64,000 nucleotides of DNA from Spirochaetia bacterium (GCA_965199955.1 CBDATQ010000001.1:1280001-1344000); one strand, 5' to 3'. Positions 1-10,815 are shown, counted from the first letter of the stretch. The notes: generated from the letters alone by a model not told the origin. A program made the numbers and translations.

Positions 1-1457
1 ACCAGAAGTTCATTGAAGGCGCCTACCGCACCATCCCGCGCAGCATGATCGAAGAGGAGATGCCGTTCTACGTCGACGCCATGAACGAGATCGGCACGGC
101 CGGCTGGGCCTACTTCCTGGCTCCCGGCAAGAGCGACGAGTACTGGGCGATCCCGCGCTTCCAGCAGCAGTTCGGGAAGGAGGGCAACGGCGCCCAGCAC
201 TACCTGCGCTACGACTGGCTGGAACGGGTCGGCATGACCGACTTCTTCGACGCAGTCGACCAGAGCCCGGAGAACAAGCCCGACACCTTCTACTGGGAAC
301 CCGCCGTCCACGACATCGACGAATTCGAGTCGGTGCTGGCGGCGTTCCGCGACAAGCTGGACTTCGGTGACGGCCAGGTGCGCATCCCGTACGGGTTCAC
401 CGGCGACCAGACGCAGGCGTTCATGTTCCGCGCCTCGCTGGTCCTCTACGCCTACGGTCTGAACAACAAGCCCAGCTACGACTACGATGGCGACACGGTG
501 CCCCCGTACGGCGGCGAGCTGGTCATGGACGGCAACTGCCCGTGCTTCCGGGACGCCACCAAGCGGCTGCAGAAGTGGTACTCGGAAGGCTACATCGATC
601 CGGAGCTGCCGGCTGTCGGCTTCGAGCAGTGGAAGGACCGCATCGCCTCCGGCGTCTACGGCATCTGCACCACCTGCGGCGTCACCGGCTGGGGCTGGGG
701 CGACGGTACCGGCCAAGGACAGGGATGGACGGCGGTGCGCGAAGACGGCGCCAAGTGGATGGCATTCACCGGCCTCAGCCACAACGGCACGTACCGTACC
801 AAGTACAACAACCAGGCGCTGCCGTTCGGCAGCCGCGTGGTCGCCTACACCGTCAACCGAAACGTGTCGGACGAGAAGCTGCGGCGCCTGCTTTCGATCT
901 ACGACTACGTGAACTTCGACCCGCTCGGCCGGATCATGGCCGGCAGCCCCGGCGGCCTGGAGGGCGTGCACTGGGAGTGGGACGGCGAGCCCGATCGCTC
1001 CAGCGACATCGCGCTGTCCAACTCGCCCCGCAAGGCGCTCGAGGGCTGGACCTTCGAGAACGTCGGCGGCCACTACTTTACGCACCAGACGTTCCCGGCC
1101 CGGTACGCGGTCGCGCGCGCCAGGAACGCCGACCACCAGGCGTGGATCGACCACTACTTCACCGGCCCCGGCCAGCAGTTCTCGCTGCCGCCGTACAAGG
1201 AAGACGTCTTCAACCAGACCGAGTACACGGCGATCGCCGGCGAGGTGACCGCCGCGCTCTGGACGATCCGCGACGAGTTTTACTTCAAGGCGATGACCAA
1301 CGCCGACTTTGACGTGGACGCCGAGTGGGACGCCCACGTGGAGAAGTACCTGAACGCCGGCGCGCAGCGCCTGCTGGATGAGCTCAACAAGCTCACCTAC
1401 AATGTTCCCGACTTCAAGTCCGGGAAGATCTCGGTCGAGGAGGCCCTGGGGCAGTAA
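1..1457 (+). CDS. Extracellular solute-binding protein of a sugar-type ABC transporter (5' end outside window)
   Basis: Frame is open from position 3 to the stop at 1457. Motifs LRYDWLERVG, DIDEFESVLAAFRD, LQKWYSEGYIDPE and C-terminal DAEWDAHVEKYLNAG are typical of LplA-like family 1 SBPs. Confidence 0.8.
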   Translation, partial: QKFIEGAYRTIPRSMIEEEMPFYVDAMNEIGTAGWAYFLAPGKSDEYWAIPRFQQQFGKEGNGAQHYLRYDWLERVGMTDFFDAVDQSPENKPDTFYWEPAVHDIDEFESVLAAFRDKLDFGDGQVRIPYGFTGDQTQAFMFRASLVLYAYGLNNKPSYDYDGDTVPPYGGELVMDGNCPCFRDATKRLQKWYSEGYIDPELPAVGFEQWKDRIASGVYGICTTCGVTGWGWGDGTGQGQGWTAVREDGAKWMAFTGLSHNGTYRTKYNNQALPFGSRVVAYTVNRNVSDEKLRRLLSIYDYVNFDPLGRIMAGSPGGLEGVHWEWDGEPDRSSDIALSNSPRKALEGWTFENVGGHYFTHQTFPARYAVARARNADHQAWIDHYFTGPGQQFSLPPYKEDVFNQTEYTAIAGEVTAALWTIRDEFYFKAMTNADFDVDAEWDAHVEKYLNAGAQRLLDELNKLTYNVPDFKSGKISVEEALGQ

Positions 1458-1490
1458 CGCGCCTCACTCGGGTCACACGATCGGATCGCG

Positions 1491-1522
1491 AAAAGAGCCG
1501 GCGGGTTTCCGCCGGCTCTTTT
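1491..1522. terminator. Bidirectional rho-independent terminator
   Basis: Perfect hairpin AAAAGAGCCGGCGG-gttt-CCGCCGGCTCTTTT between two convergent genes, with A/T tails on both sides. Confidence 0.9.
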
Positions 1523-1539
1523 CGTCTACCTCCAACGCA

Positions 1540-3312
1540 TCAGATCGCCGGGATGATCAGGTTCCAGTTGGGGTAGATCAGGTCGGGGTTCTGGATCAGG
1601 TCGCGATTGCGCCGCCAGATCCGCGGCCACAGGAACGGATCGGCGTACCAGCGGTCGTACTCCGCGATGCGCCACAGGCTTTCGCGCCGTTCCGGAATGA
1701 GCTGCACGGTGTGGATGCCGAGGACGGTGTAGAGCTTGTAGCGCTCCAGGTAACGGCGGGCGTCCTCGAAGCGCTCGATGGACTGACCGTACTTCCGGTC
1801 ATCGAACGCCACCACGCCGTCGATCCAGAGCTCCCGAGCCATGAGCAGATCGTTCGAAGCCCCGCGCTCGATCCCGTCCAGGATCGCCCGGCGACGCGCC
1901 CCGCCTGCGCGCAGCGCGTCCAGCACGGGCCGGCCCGACCATGGCTGCGGCGTGATGACGTCGCCCTGTTCGGTCACCACCGTAAGCTCCGAGGCCGCCT
2001 CCAGCTCCTCCATCACCGCCTGCAGCAGCGCGGCGGCCCGCTCCATGTGCTCGGTATAGGCCTCGTCGGCCACGGACATCAGGTTGCGGCACACCTCGAT
2101 CGCGGCGCCGAACGCCTCTTCGGCGTCGGCCAGCCGGTAGGACTGGATGGCCTCCAGGCCGGTCAGGTATAGCGTGTTGAGCCGCTGGTACAGCGACCGC
2201 AGCTCTCGCACCCTCGCCGCGGCCCAGCCGCTTGTGTCGAGTTGCTGGACGGCGGCCAGACAGCGCTCCGCCTCCACCCGTGCTCCGTACAGCAGCTCCA
2301 GCCGGTCGAGGAGCGAATCGCGCAAGGCCAGCATGTCGTCGGCGGTGGCCAGGGCCAGCCGGTACGCTCCGAAGTAGTCGCGTGACCGGTAAAGGTCCTC
2401 GGCACGCCGGATGGCGTCGACCATTTCCAGGAAGGAGCCCGGCATCCAGAGATCCGCCTGGATTCCCTGCAGTTCGTCAAGCCGGCTCTGCAGCAGGTTG
2501 CGCAGACGCTCCGCGGCCAGCCGCACCGAGTTCTCGAATGCCGCGACGGCCCGCGCTTCCGCGGCCTTCAGGGATACGTGCGATCCACCCGGGTCGACCT
2601 CGCGGATTCGTCCGGAGGTGCGCAGAGCCCTGCGGGCCGCGTCCAGGTTCTGCGGATCGTAGAACGCCGCGTCCACTTCCTCGGCGCGCGCGATCAGCAC
2701 GCGCACCCGGTCGAGATCGGCGTCCGTGGGCGGCTGAATGATCGCCGGACCGGCGGGACGCGCCGGCGGCGGGTAGGACGGGAGCACGGGCAGCGCGGCG
2801 CTCACGGCCGGATGTCGCGGCCGCTGCGGTTCCACCTGTGCCCCCACGGCGGGAGCCGTACCGGCGCCGGATCCTGTGGGCGTCATGATCGCACCCGGCA
2901 TGATCGGTTGCGGCACCTTCCTCACCGGGTGCTCCGGGCGCGCGGGCATGGTGTGCTCGCCGGGGCCCGGCGTCCCCTCGGCTCCGGCGCCCACCGGCCT
3001 TGGCGGGCCCCCAACCTCGTCCATGTGGCCCGACGCCAGCAGTTCGGATCGTCCTTCCCCCCCAGCGCCAAACAGGCCGGTATCGAGAGCCGGCTGGGCC
3101 ACGTGCGGGACGGCCGCGAGGTCGATCAGCGGCGGCGGCATCGCCGGCTCGTCCAATCGGGCGGCCGGAAGCGCGGTCACCGACGGTGGTGCGATGTGAA
3201 TTCCCAGGTCGAGGGGAATGGAGACGGGCTGCGTGGCGCAGACCGTGAGCACCAGCGGGAAGACGGCTGCGATCGCGAGGTGACACCATCTGGTCACCGA
3301 CTGCGTGGTCAT
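1540..3312 (-). CDS. LysM peptidoglycan-binding domain protein, probable lipoprotein with Pro-rich linker and helical middle region
   Basis: Hydrophobic N-terminus ending LTVC. C-terminal ESLWRIAEYDRWYADPFLWPRIWRRNRDLIQNPDLIYPNWNLIIP is a LysM motif. Confidence 0.8.
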   Translation of the reverse strand: MTTQSVTRWCHLAIAAVFPLVLTVCATQPVSIPLDLGIHIAPPSVTALPAARLDEPAMPPPLIDLAAVPHVAQPALDTGLFGAGGEGRSELLASGHMDEVGGPPRPVGAGAEGTPGPGEHTMPARPEHPVRKVPQPIMPGAIMTPTGSGAGTAPAVGAQVEPQRPRHPAVSAALPVLPSYPPPARPAGPAIIQPPTDADLDRVRVLIARAEEVDAAFYDPQNLDAARRALRTSGRIREVDPGGSHVSLKAAEARAVAAFENSVRLAAERLRNLLQSRLDELQGIQADLWMPGSFLEMVDAIRRAEDLYRSRDYFGAYRLALATADDMLALRDSLLDRLELLYGARVEAERCLAAVQQLDTSGWAAARVRELRSLYQRLNTLYLTGLEAIQSYRLADAEEAFGAAIEVCRNLMSVADEAYTEHMERAAALLQAVMEELEAASELTVVTEQGDVITPQPWSGRPVLDALRAGGARRRAILDGIERGASNDLLMARELWIDGVVAFDDRKYGQSIERFEDARRYLERYKLYTVLGIHTVQLIPERRESLWRIAEYDRWYADPFLWPRIWRRNRDLIQNPDLIYPNWNLIIPAI

Positions 3313-3458
3313 TGAGTTTCGTCCCTACCTTCGTCTTATCGGCTGCGCGGGACGTTGGCCGGAGTCCGAATGAGCGACGCCTCGACACAGCACAAGAATA
3401 TCGGTTCAGACAGGCTTCGGGGGACTACGGATGGGCGGTCCGCTCCAGCATCTGAGCG

Positions 3459-4029
3459 CTACGAGTGCGGGTTGAGCACCTCAGGGTTGAGAATGGTCGG
3501 CGGCGTGCGGCCGTCCAGGACGTTCTGGCACGCGATCTCCACGGCGCGGACCATGGTGCGCTCGGTGTCGCCGCCCACGTGCGGGGAGAGCACCACCTGC
3601 TCCATCGACAGCAGCGGGTTGCCTGGATCGGGGGGCTCGTCGGCCAGCACGTCCCGGCCGGCGCCGGCCAGGTGGCCGGAGGCGAGCGCGTGGATAAGCG
3701 CCGGCTCGTCCACGACCCGCCCGTGGCAGGTGTTGATCAGATAGGCGCCGCGCTTCATCGCGGCCAGCTCGGACGCGCCGATCAGGCCACGGGTCTCTTC
3801 CGTCAGAGGGAAGTGCAGGCTGACGATGTCCGACTCGGCGAGCACCCGCTCGAAGGGGGCGTCGATGACGCCGTGGCGGGCGGCGGCCCCGGAGAGGGCT
3901 GCGACGAGCTCGGAGGCCTGCAGGTTGCGGCCCACCCGCGGGCCGAAGCGCACCTCCGCCCGCGCGCGCAAGGGCGCAAGCGATCAAGTCCCGGTCGTAG
4001 TAGGTGGTGACGGCGACCAGAGTCGTCAC
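3459..4029 (-). pseudogene. D-2-hydroxyacid dehydrogenase remnant (frameshift and internal deletion)
   Basis: C-terminal SDIVSLHFPLTEETRGLIG, YLINTCHGRVVDE and LSPHVGG are present. The N-terminus (VTTLVAVTTYYD) is in another frame, the GxGxxG region is missing, and GAGLDV is altered to GAGRDV. Confidence 0.7.
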
Positions 4030-4061
4030 GGTTTTGGCGGCTTCACGATCCGGTGCCGCCG

Positions 4062-5141
4062 CTACTGGACGCCCTTGAGACTCAGCTCCCTGGCGAAGTG
4101 GCAGGCGGCGAAGTGGTTGGGAGCCACCTCCTCCCAAGCCGGCTCCTCCGAACGGCATCGGTCCTGGGCGTACAGGCAGCGTGGATGGAAGTAGCACCCG
4201 GACGGCGGGTTGGCGGGATTGGCCACCTCGCCCGGGAGGATGATGCGGTCCATGTGCGTTTCCGGATCGGGCTGCGGCACCGCGGAAAGCAGTGCCTCCG
4301 TGTACGGATGCTTGGGATTGCCGAACAGATCCTCGGTCTCGGCAAGCTCGACCATCTTGCCTACGTACATCACGCCCACCCGGTCGGAGATGTGCTCGAT
4401 GACGCTGAGGTCGTGGGCGATGAACAGGTAGGTGAGGTTGAACTCGGCCTGCAGGTCCTCCAGCAGGTTGAGGATTTGCGCCTGGATGGACACGTCGAGG
4501 GCGGACACCGCCTCGTCACAACAGATGAACTCCGGCTTCGGCGCGAGCGCCCGGGCGATGCCGATACGCTGGCGCTGGCCGCCGGAGAAGGCGTGCGGGT
4601 AGCGCTTGAGGTGCTTGACCTCCAGGCCGACGATGTTCACCAGCTCCTTGACCCGATCTTCCAGTTCCTGTCCGCGCGCCAGGTTGTTGGCCACCAGCGG
4701 CTCGGCGACGATGTCCAATACCGTCATGCGCGGATCGAGCGACGAATAGGGGTCCTGGAAGACCATCTGCATGTGGCGGCGGATCTGCCGCAGCCGGTTC
4801 TTGTCCAGCTTGGTGATGTCGACGGGCGCGTCGGCGGCCTGGAACTGGAAGTTGATCGAGCCGTCGGTGGGCTCGATCGCACGCAGGATGCAGCGCCCCA
4901 GGGTCGTCTTGCCGCAGCCGGACTCTCCCACCAGGCCGAGCGTCTCTCCCTCGTTGATGAACAGATTGATGCGGTCGACGGCCTTGACGTGACCGGTGAC
5001 GCGGCGCAGGAACCCCTTTTCGATCGGGAAGTACTTGCGCAGCTCATCGACTCTCAGGAGCGTTCGCGCTCCGTTTCCCGCGGGTGCTCCGCCCGTGGCG
5101 GCGGACCGCTGCGTGCCTCCGCGGCTGTCGGGTTCGCTCAT
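4062..5141 (-). CDS. Oligopeptide/dipeptide ABC transporter ATP-binding subunit (OppF/DppF-like)
   Basis: Walker A GESGCGKTT, signature FSGGQRQR, HDLSV, C-terminal HPYT and GCYFHPRC. Confidence 0.92.
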   Translation of the reverse strand: MSEPDSRGGTQRSAATGGAPAGNGARTLLRVDELRKYFPIEKGFLRRVTGHVKAVDRINLFINEGETLGLVGESGCGKTTLGRCILRAIEPTDGSINFQFQAADAPVDITKLDKNRLRQIRRHMQMVFQDPYSSLDPRMTVLDIVAEPLVANNLARGQELEDRVKELVNIVGLEVKHLKRYPHAFSGGQRQRIGIARALAPKPEFICCDEAVSALDVSIQAQILNLLEDLQAEFNLTYLFIAHDLSVIEHISDRVGVMYVGKMVELAETEDLFGNPKHPYTEALLSAVPQPDPETHMDRIILPGEVANPANPPSGCYFHPRCLYAQDRCRSEEPAWEEVAPNHFAACHFARELSLKGVQ

Positions 5142-6205
5142 CGTGCCGCTCCTAACGCTCGCCGGGGTTGCTCCGGCGTCTCGGGGATGGGTTCGGTCTG
5201 CGGGCTGTGCAGGTAGCAGCGGACCGAGTGGCCGGGGGAAACCTCGACCAGGCCCGGCACCTCCATGTCACAGGTTCCGGCGATGGCGTCCGGGCAGCGG
5301 CTGTAGAAGCCGCACATGCGCGGCGGGTCGAGCGGGATCGGCACGGTGCCTTCGATCGCCTCCAGGCGCTGCTTGGCCTCCTTGCCCATGCGCGGAATCG
5401 ACTTCAGCAGCAGCCGTGTGTAGGGGTGCAGGGGGTTGCGGAACAACTCCTTGGTAACCGCGTGCTCCACCACGCGCCCCAAGTACATCACCGCGACCTC
5501 GTCGGCGATCTCGGCGATCACCCCCAAGTCGTGGGTGATGTACAGGATCGCCATGCCGAACTCCTCCTGGAGTTGCTCCATCAGGTCCAGGATCTGCGCC
5601 TGCACGGTCACGTCGAGCGCCGTGGTTGGTTCGTCGGCGATCAGCAGCTTGGGGTTGCAGGACAGCGCCATCGCAATCATGGCGCGCTGGCGCAGGCCGC
5701 CGGAGAGCTGGTGCGGGTACTCGTTGATGCGCTGCGACGGATTGGGGATGCCGACCTTGTCCAGCATGTCCACGGCCAGGGAGTGCGCCTCCTGCTTGTC
5801 CCTGGTCTTGTGCAGGAGGATGGCTTCCTCGATCTGGTTGCCGATGGTGTGCACCGGCGACAGGCTGGTCATCGGCTCCTGGAAGATCATCGAGATCTCC
5901 TTGCCCCGGATGGCGCGAACCGAATGGCCGAACGGGTCCATGTCCGCGAGGTCGACGGCGGGCTCTGCGTCGCGGTGCAGCAGTATGTCGCCGGAAATGA
6001 TGCGGCCCGGCGTTGGAACGATGCGCAGGATGGATTGCGCGGTCACGCTCTTGCCGCAGCCGCTTTCGCCGATGATGCCGAGCGTCTGCCCCTCTCGAAC
6101 GGTCAGGCTGACGCCGTCGACGGCCTTCAGCGTGCCCTCGTCCAGCGAGAAGTGGGTCCTGAGGTCCTTGAGCTCCAGTACCGGCGCCTGGGTAGCGGTG
6201 TTCAC
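5138..6205 (-). CDS. Oligopeptide/dipeptide ABC transporter ATP-binding subunit (OppD/DppD-like)
   Basis: [39 protein letters not shown]. Start is GTG 6205 or TTG 6244. Overlaps the next gene by 4 bp. Confidence 0.92.
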   Translation of the reverse strand: MNTATQAPVLELKDLRTHFSLDEGTLKAVDGVSLTVREGQTLGIIGESGCGKSVTAQSILRIVPTPGRIISGDILLHRDAEPAVDLADMDPFGHSVRAIRGKEISMIFQEPMTSLSPVHTIGNQIEEAILLHKTRDKQEAHSLAVDMLDKVGIPNPSQRINEYPHQLSGGLRQRAMIAMALSCNPKLLIADEPTTALDVTVQAQILDLMEQLQEEFGMAILYITHDLGVIAEIADEVAVMYLGRVVEHAVTKELFRNPLHPYTRLLLKSIPRMGKEAKQRLEAIEGTVPIPLDPPRMCGFYSRCPDAIAGTCDMEVPGLVEVSPGHSVRCYLHSPQTEPIPETPEQPRRALGAAR

Positions 6206-6590
6206 GAGAGGCCCGAGTGTGTGCCGCCGCCGGCTTCCGGTCAAGCCCCGCCCGCCGGGCGGTCCGACGGAACCTTCAGCTCGACCTACGCGCGTGACAA
6301 TCCTGACCGAGAGGACTTGGCGGAGAGCTTTGTGCCGTACCTGCTGGTGCGATACCGGTCAGATCGCATGCCGCCTGAGCTCGTCGAGACGATTCGCCGG
6401 ACGATCCCTCATCGGCTTGAGTATCTCGACCGGAATCTGGAAGGCCGGTGGTGTCCCATGGTGCCGGAGGACTGTGAATCGGATCAATCGTGCGAGGGGC
6501 AGCGCGATCGGGAGGTTCGGGACGCGGGCAGCGAAGACCGTGGTGAAAGGATAGATCTGAAGCGATATAGCTCTGCGGTCCTTCGGCACT

Positions 6591-8591
6591 TTAGCCCGAA
6601 GTTCCAGGAGCGAAATTGCCTGAAGTCCTTGTGGTCAGGGTAGTTTCTCAATGGTGCAGGTTCCTGTGCATGGCTACATGCGGGGCGTGACCCCAAGCAG
6701 CTCGAAACAGCGCTGCTGAACCGGCGTCGGGTGCGTGTGCAGCGTGAACGTGCTGCCGCCCTCTGCAACCTGCATCGTGTTCGCCGTCAGCGTGCCCAGC
6801 TCAGTGATCAGCGTGCGAAAGCTGTGCACCGGCAACCCGTCCTCGGTGCGCTTGCTCGACGCCTTGGCCGCCGCGGCCGCCGATCGCTGCCGGAGCCACC
6901 TCGGAGACCCGCTTGCGCTCGGCGCCCTGTCGATCGTGATCGTCGAACAGCAACGGCGCCAGCGAGCGCCGCATGTGCCACTCCACGTAGTAGGCCAGCA
7001 TGCACAGCAGCACGTGCGCCCGCACCCGATCGGCGCGCCGGTGGTGAATCGGGCGCACCTTCAGGTCCACGGACTTCATGCACCGAAACGCCCGCTCCAC
7101 CTTCGACAGCCCCTTGTAGGCGCGCACCGTCTGCGCCGCGTCGAGCACCTGCGGCTCCACGTTGCTGCGCACGATGTACAGCCCGTCCAGCGCCTGCTCG
7201 GCGTCGATCTTGGCCTCATCGCGCCGAAAGCTGAACGACTCGGAGGTGATCTCGGTCACGAAGTGCTTGCCCACCTTGTAGTGATTGATCACCTTGCCGA
7301 CCCGCATGCCGATCTCGGCCTCGCCCCGTAGCGGCTGATGGACGCGCTGGGTGGCCTGAGCGATCGGGGCCAGCTTCTGCTCGGTGGCCTGTAGCAGCTC
7401 CTGGCGCTTGCGCTCCCGTTCGTCGGCCAGCAACGGGTTGCGGCACACGATCAGCCGCTCGCCCGGAAACTCCTCGCTGGTGATCTCGGCCAGGTCGCGC
7501 TCGTCGAACAACGACGGCGCCACCTCGCCGGCGGCCACCAGCTTGCGGATCGTCGGCGCGCGCAGCGTGGTGATCCAGCGCAGCCCCTCCACCTCTTGCA
7601 GGTCCTCGCGGATCCTCGCCGCGCTCAGCATCCCGCGGTCGCCGACCAGCACCACCCGCGTGAGCCCGAAGCGGGTGCGGATCTTGTCCACCTGCGCGCT
7701 CACCGTCTTCGGGTCGGCGGTAGAGCCAGGGAATACCTCCACCGCCACCGGACAGCCTTCCTGGGTGCACAGCAGCCCGAACACGATCTGCAGCGTGCCC
7801 GACTTGCCGTCACGGCTGTGTCCCAACTGCGCCAGCTCGCAGTGGCTGCCCTCGAAGTAGGTCGAGCTCACGTCGTAGAGCACCAGCGTGTGCTCGCTGA
7901 GGTGCTGTTCGGCCAGGCGGTCCTCGATCGCCGCCTGGCGCCCGACCAACCAGTCCATCGCCTCGTAGAGCTCGTTCTCATCGACCTCCCCCAACCGCAG
8001 CGACTCGCCCAGGGTGGACACGGCGCTGGGCGGTGAGAGCGCGCGGGCGGTGGCCAGTTTGGACTGCGCGTCGATGACGCGGGCGGTGATCATGGCGATG
8101 ATCAGCTCGCGCGAGCGGCTGGCCTTGCGGGCGATGAGGGTATGGAGTCCGAGCTGCTTGAGGATGCCCAGCACGGCGGCGACGTGGCCGTGGGGCAGCG
8201 AGCGCGTGAGCAGCAACGCATCCGAGACCGAGGCGAAGGCGTGGCCGCCCTTGAGCAGGGTGCGCAAGCCGTCGACCAGATCAGGGGGCCATTTGGAGAG
8301 GTTCGCGAGCGTGCGCTTCTTGACCTTGCCGTGCTCGCGGTAGGACTCGCGGAGCAGGATGGCAGGGGGAGAGGAGCGGTTGGGGACAGACTCGATGTAC
8401 ATGACTACTGATCTGTGGCAACAGAATACACACAAGTCACGATATGTCAAGATCAAATAGCATGTATCTCGCCGCTATTCACCACCATCTGCATGGACAC
8501 GAAACGACGCCAATCAGCACGCAGATCACCTTGCAACTAATTTTCTGTCAATGAAATTACGAGAGATTCACGCTCTGGAACTTCGGTTTAG
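6591..8591 (-). mobile_element. IS1634-family insertion sequence
   Basis: Imperfect terminal inverted repeats TTAGCCCGAAGTTCCAG (6591-6607) and CTGGAACTTCGGTTTAG (8575-8591), matching at 14/17, enclose the transposase. No target-site duplication is visible. Confidence 0.8.
6674..8402 (-). CDS. IS1634-family DDE transposase, frameshifted near 6890
   Basis: MYIESVPNRSSPPAILLRESYRE, LYDVSSTYFEG, LVGDRGM and YKGLSKVERAFR. The natural C-terminus (GLPVHSFRTLI...PTPVQQRCFELLGV) continues in another frame to a stop at 6674. Confidence 0.85.
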
Positions 8592-8934
8592 CGCAACAGA
8601 GAGCGATGTCGGAACGTCGATCACCTTCGTCAACAGCACGGAAGCTGAATGTAGAGACGCAATGAGCTGGAATGAAAGAACCGCGACATCGGCTCACGTT
8701 GGCCGGGCTGAGACGGCATCGCTGACCGAAGCGGAGGCTAAGACGTCGAAGATGACGACCAAAGGAATGCACCGTGCTATCGGCGGCGAGAAGGGTCGTC
8801 TCCAACGCATGGCACTGAGGTCTGACTTTCCGTGTCGACCGTCACCGCTCAGCAGCAACATCTGGTCTTCGTCGAGCAGTGGGTCTGGTGGGGGCGGGCG
8901 GCGACCGTGCGCCGGCGCTATGATGGGTTCTGCC

Positions 8935-9354
8935 ATGCTGCCGTTGCTGCTCGCATTCGTCGCCGTCATCGCGCTGTTCACGCTGGGGGTCCGCTGGGGG
9001 GTGGTGATCATCGGCAAGGTGCTCGGCCGTGTCGTCCACGAGCGGCATCAGAACGCGGAGTACATCACCAGCACCGGCCAGGTGCCGAAGGCGTGGACCA
9101 AGCCCTACTTCGATCAGATCGACGCGCTGCAGGCGAACGAAGACCTGGATCCGGCGGTGCGCGAGCGCCGCATCGCCCGGCTGGAGGCGCAGGCGAAGCG
9201 GCGCTCGCTCAAGGGGATTGACGACCTGCTGCGCTACTTCTCCCGAGCGCCGGTGTTTGCCGACGACTATTCCAGGCGAGTGCTCATGGAGGACCTCGAG
9301 TCCGCCAAGGGTACGTGGCTGGAGTACATGAACAAGGAGAAGAAGGAGAAGTAA
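8935..9354 (+). CDS. Hypothetical protein with an N-terminal transmembrane segment
   Basis: Host-like codon usage from MLPLLLAFVAVIALFTLGV onward. TATGAT lies just upstream. Confidence 0.65.
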   Translation: MLPLLLAFVAVIALFTLGVRWGVVIIGKVLGRVVHERHQNAEYITSTGQVPKAWTKPYFDQIDALQANEDLDPAVRERRIARLEAQAKRRSLKGIDDLLRYFSRAPVFADDYSRRVLMEDLESAKGTWLEYMNKEKKEK

Positions 9355-9363
9355 AGGCTGCGC

Positions 9364-10815
9364 TCAGCCCGGTTCCACGTAGTCCATGCCGGGAAGGCGA
9401 GGCCAGACGAACTGCTCCGGGGCGCCGGTCTTCCGTGACCACCGTGCGATCAGGTCGGTGGCGCGGCGCCGCTCGGCCATCTTCCGTTCCACCGCGTCCG
9501 GGTCCCAGCCGGCGAGCACGGCTGCCGTCAGCTCCCCGACGAGCGCCGCGCAGGCCCGGTCGCCGTTCCGGTCGGCCACCTCGTCCGGATCCTCGCGCAG
9601 GTTGAAGAGCTGCGGCCGGTGGCCGTGGTAGTAGACGAGCTTCCAGTCGCCGCGGCGGATCATCCGCGTCGTCCAACCCTCGTACACGCAGTACTCGCAG
9701 AAGGCCTGGTCCTCCCAGTCGGTCTGCCGGCCGCCGAGCAGGCCCAGCAGGCTGCGGCCGTGGGATCCGGGCAACGGCTCGGCGCCCAGAGCCTCCAGCA
9801 TCGTGGCGTTGAGGTCGAGCCCGCTGACCACGCGGTCGCACGCCACGCCCTCCGGCAGCCTGCCCGGCCACGACACGATCGCCGGGATGCGGGCCGACGC
9901 CTCGTATTGGCAGCGCTTCATCCACAGGTCGTGCTCGCCGGCCATGTCACCGTGGTCGGAGTGGTAGACAATGAGCGTGTTCTCCTCGAGTCCGTTCCGG
10001 CGCAGCGCCGCCAGGATGTCACCGATCAGCGCGTCCATCCGGTCGATCAGCGCCCAGTAGGCGGCCCGTGCCCTGAGGATGAGGTAGTCGGGGACGTCCT
10101 CGACGCCGCACAAGGTTCGCCACCAGGACTCGAACGGATGCAGCCGGTCGTCGAACGGCGTCCTCACGCGGGGCAGGGTGACGCGGTCGCGGTAGCGGTC
10201 GAAGTCGGCGCGGCGCGCGACGTAGGGAGCGTGCGGGAGGATAAACCCCACCGACAGGCAGAACGGCTCGTCGTTCACGCCGGCGCGCCAGCGGATCCCG
10301 AACCGGTTGAGGAAGTCGATGGTGGCCGCGGTCACGTCCTCGTCGTGCACCTGATAGCTGCTCTGTCCGGCGCCGGAGTTCTCGATTGCTGCGCACGCCT
10401 CCCCGGGCGTCTCTCCGTCGCCGGGATGGTTGGAGCCGTGGTCGCCGATCGGCCGCTCGGCGTAGCCGTGGAGCTGGTCGATGCCGACCGAGTGCATGCG
10501 GCCCATCAGCACGGGCCGGTAGCCGGCGGCGCCCATGGCGTGCGCGAAGGTGGGGTGGTCGCTGCCCAGGATGTGGTGGTTGGTCCACACGTCGATCTCG
10601 TGCGGGTACTTGCCGGTGAGCATCGCCATGCGCGACGGCACGCACACCGGTGACGGGCAGTAGGCGTTGGTGAAGGTCACGCCGCGGCTCGCCAGTCCGT
10701 CCAGGTGGGGAGTCTCCACCACGGGGTCGCCGTAACAGCCGGTCACGAACGGGTTGTGCTGATCGGAGTGGATGTAGAGCAGGTTGGGCCGTCGGCCAGA
10801 CGATGGGCTGGTCAT
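9364..10815 (-). CDS. Formylglycine-dependent sulfatase (choline-sulfatase-like)
   Basis: PNLLYIHSDQH, CVPSR (CxPxR), GRMH, SDHGDMAGEH and QLFNLREDPDE. Confidence 0.9.
   Translation of the reverse strand: MTSPSSGRRPNLLYIHSDQHNPFVTGCYGDPVVETPHLDGLASRGVTFTNAYCPSPVCVPSRMAMLTGKYPHEIDVWTNHHILGSDHPTFAHAMGAAGYRPVLMGRMHSVGIDQLHGYAERPIGDHGSNHPGDGETPGEACAAIENSGAGQSSYQVHDEDVTAATIDFLNRFGIRWRAGVNDEPFCLSVGFILPHAPYVARRADFDRYRDRVTLPRVRTPFDDRLHPFESWWRTLCGVEDVPDYLILRARAAYWALIDRMDALIGDILAALRRNGLEENTLIVYHSDHGDMAGEHDLWMKRCQYEASARIPAIVSWPGRLPEGVACDRVVSGLDLNATMLEALGAEPLPGSHGRSLLGLLGGRQTDWEDQAFCEYCVYEGWTTRMIRRGDWKLVYYHGHRPQLFNLREDPDEVADRNGDRACAALVGELTAAVLAGWDPDAVERKMAERRRATDLIARWSRKTGAPEQFVWPRLPGMDYVEPG

Noticed and set aside
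6870..6910. Programmed frameshift in the IS1634 transposase
   Set aside because: No slippery A-run. The family normally has a single ORF, so a small deletion or read error is more likely.
8551..8934. N-terminal extension of the 267-aa ORF
   Set aside because: It starts inside the IS end and has atypical composition. The plausible gene begins at 8935.
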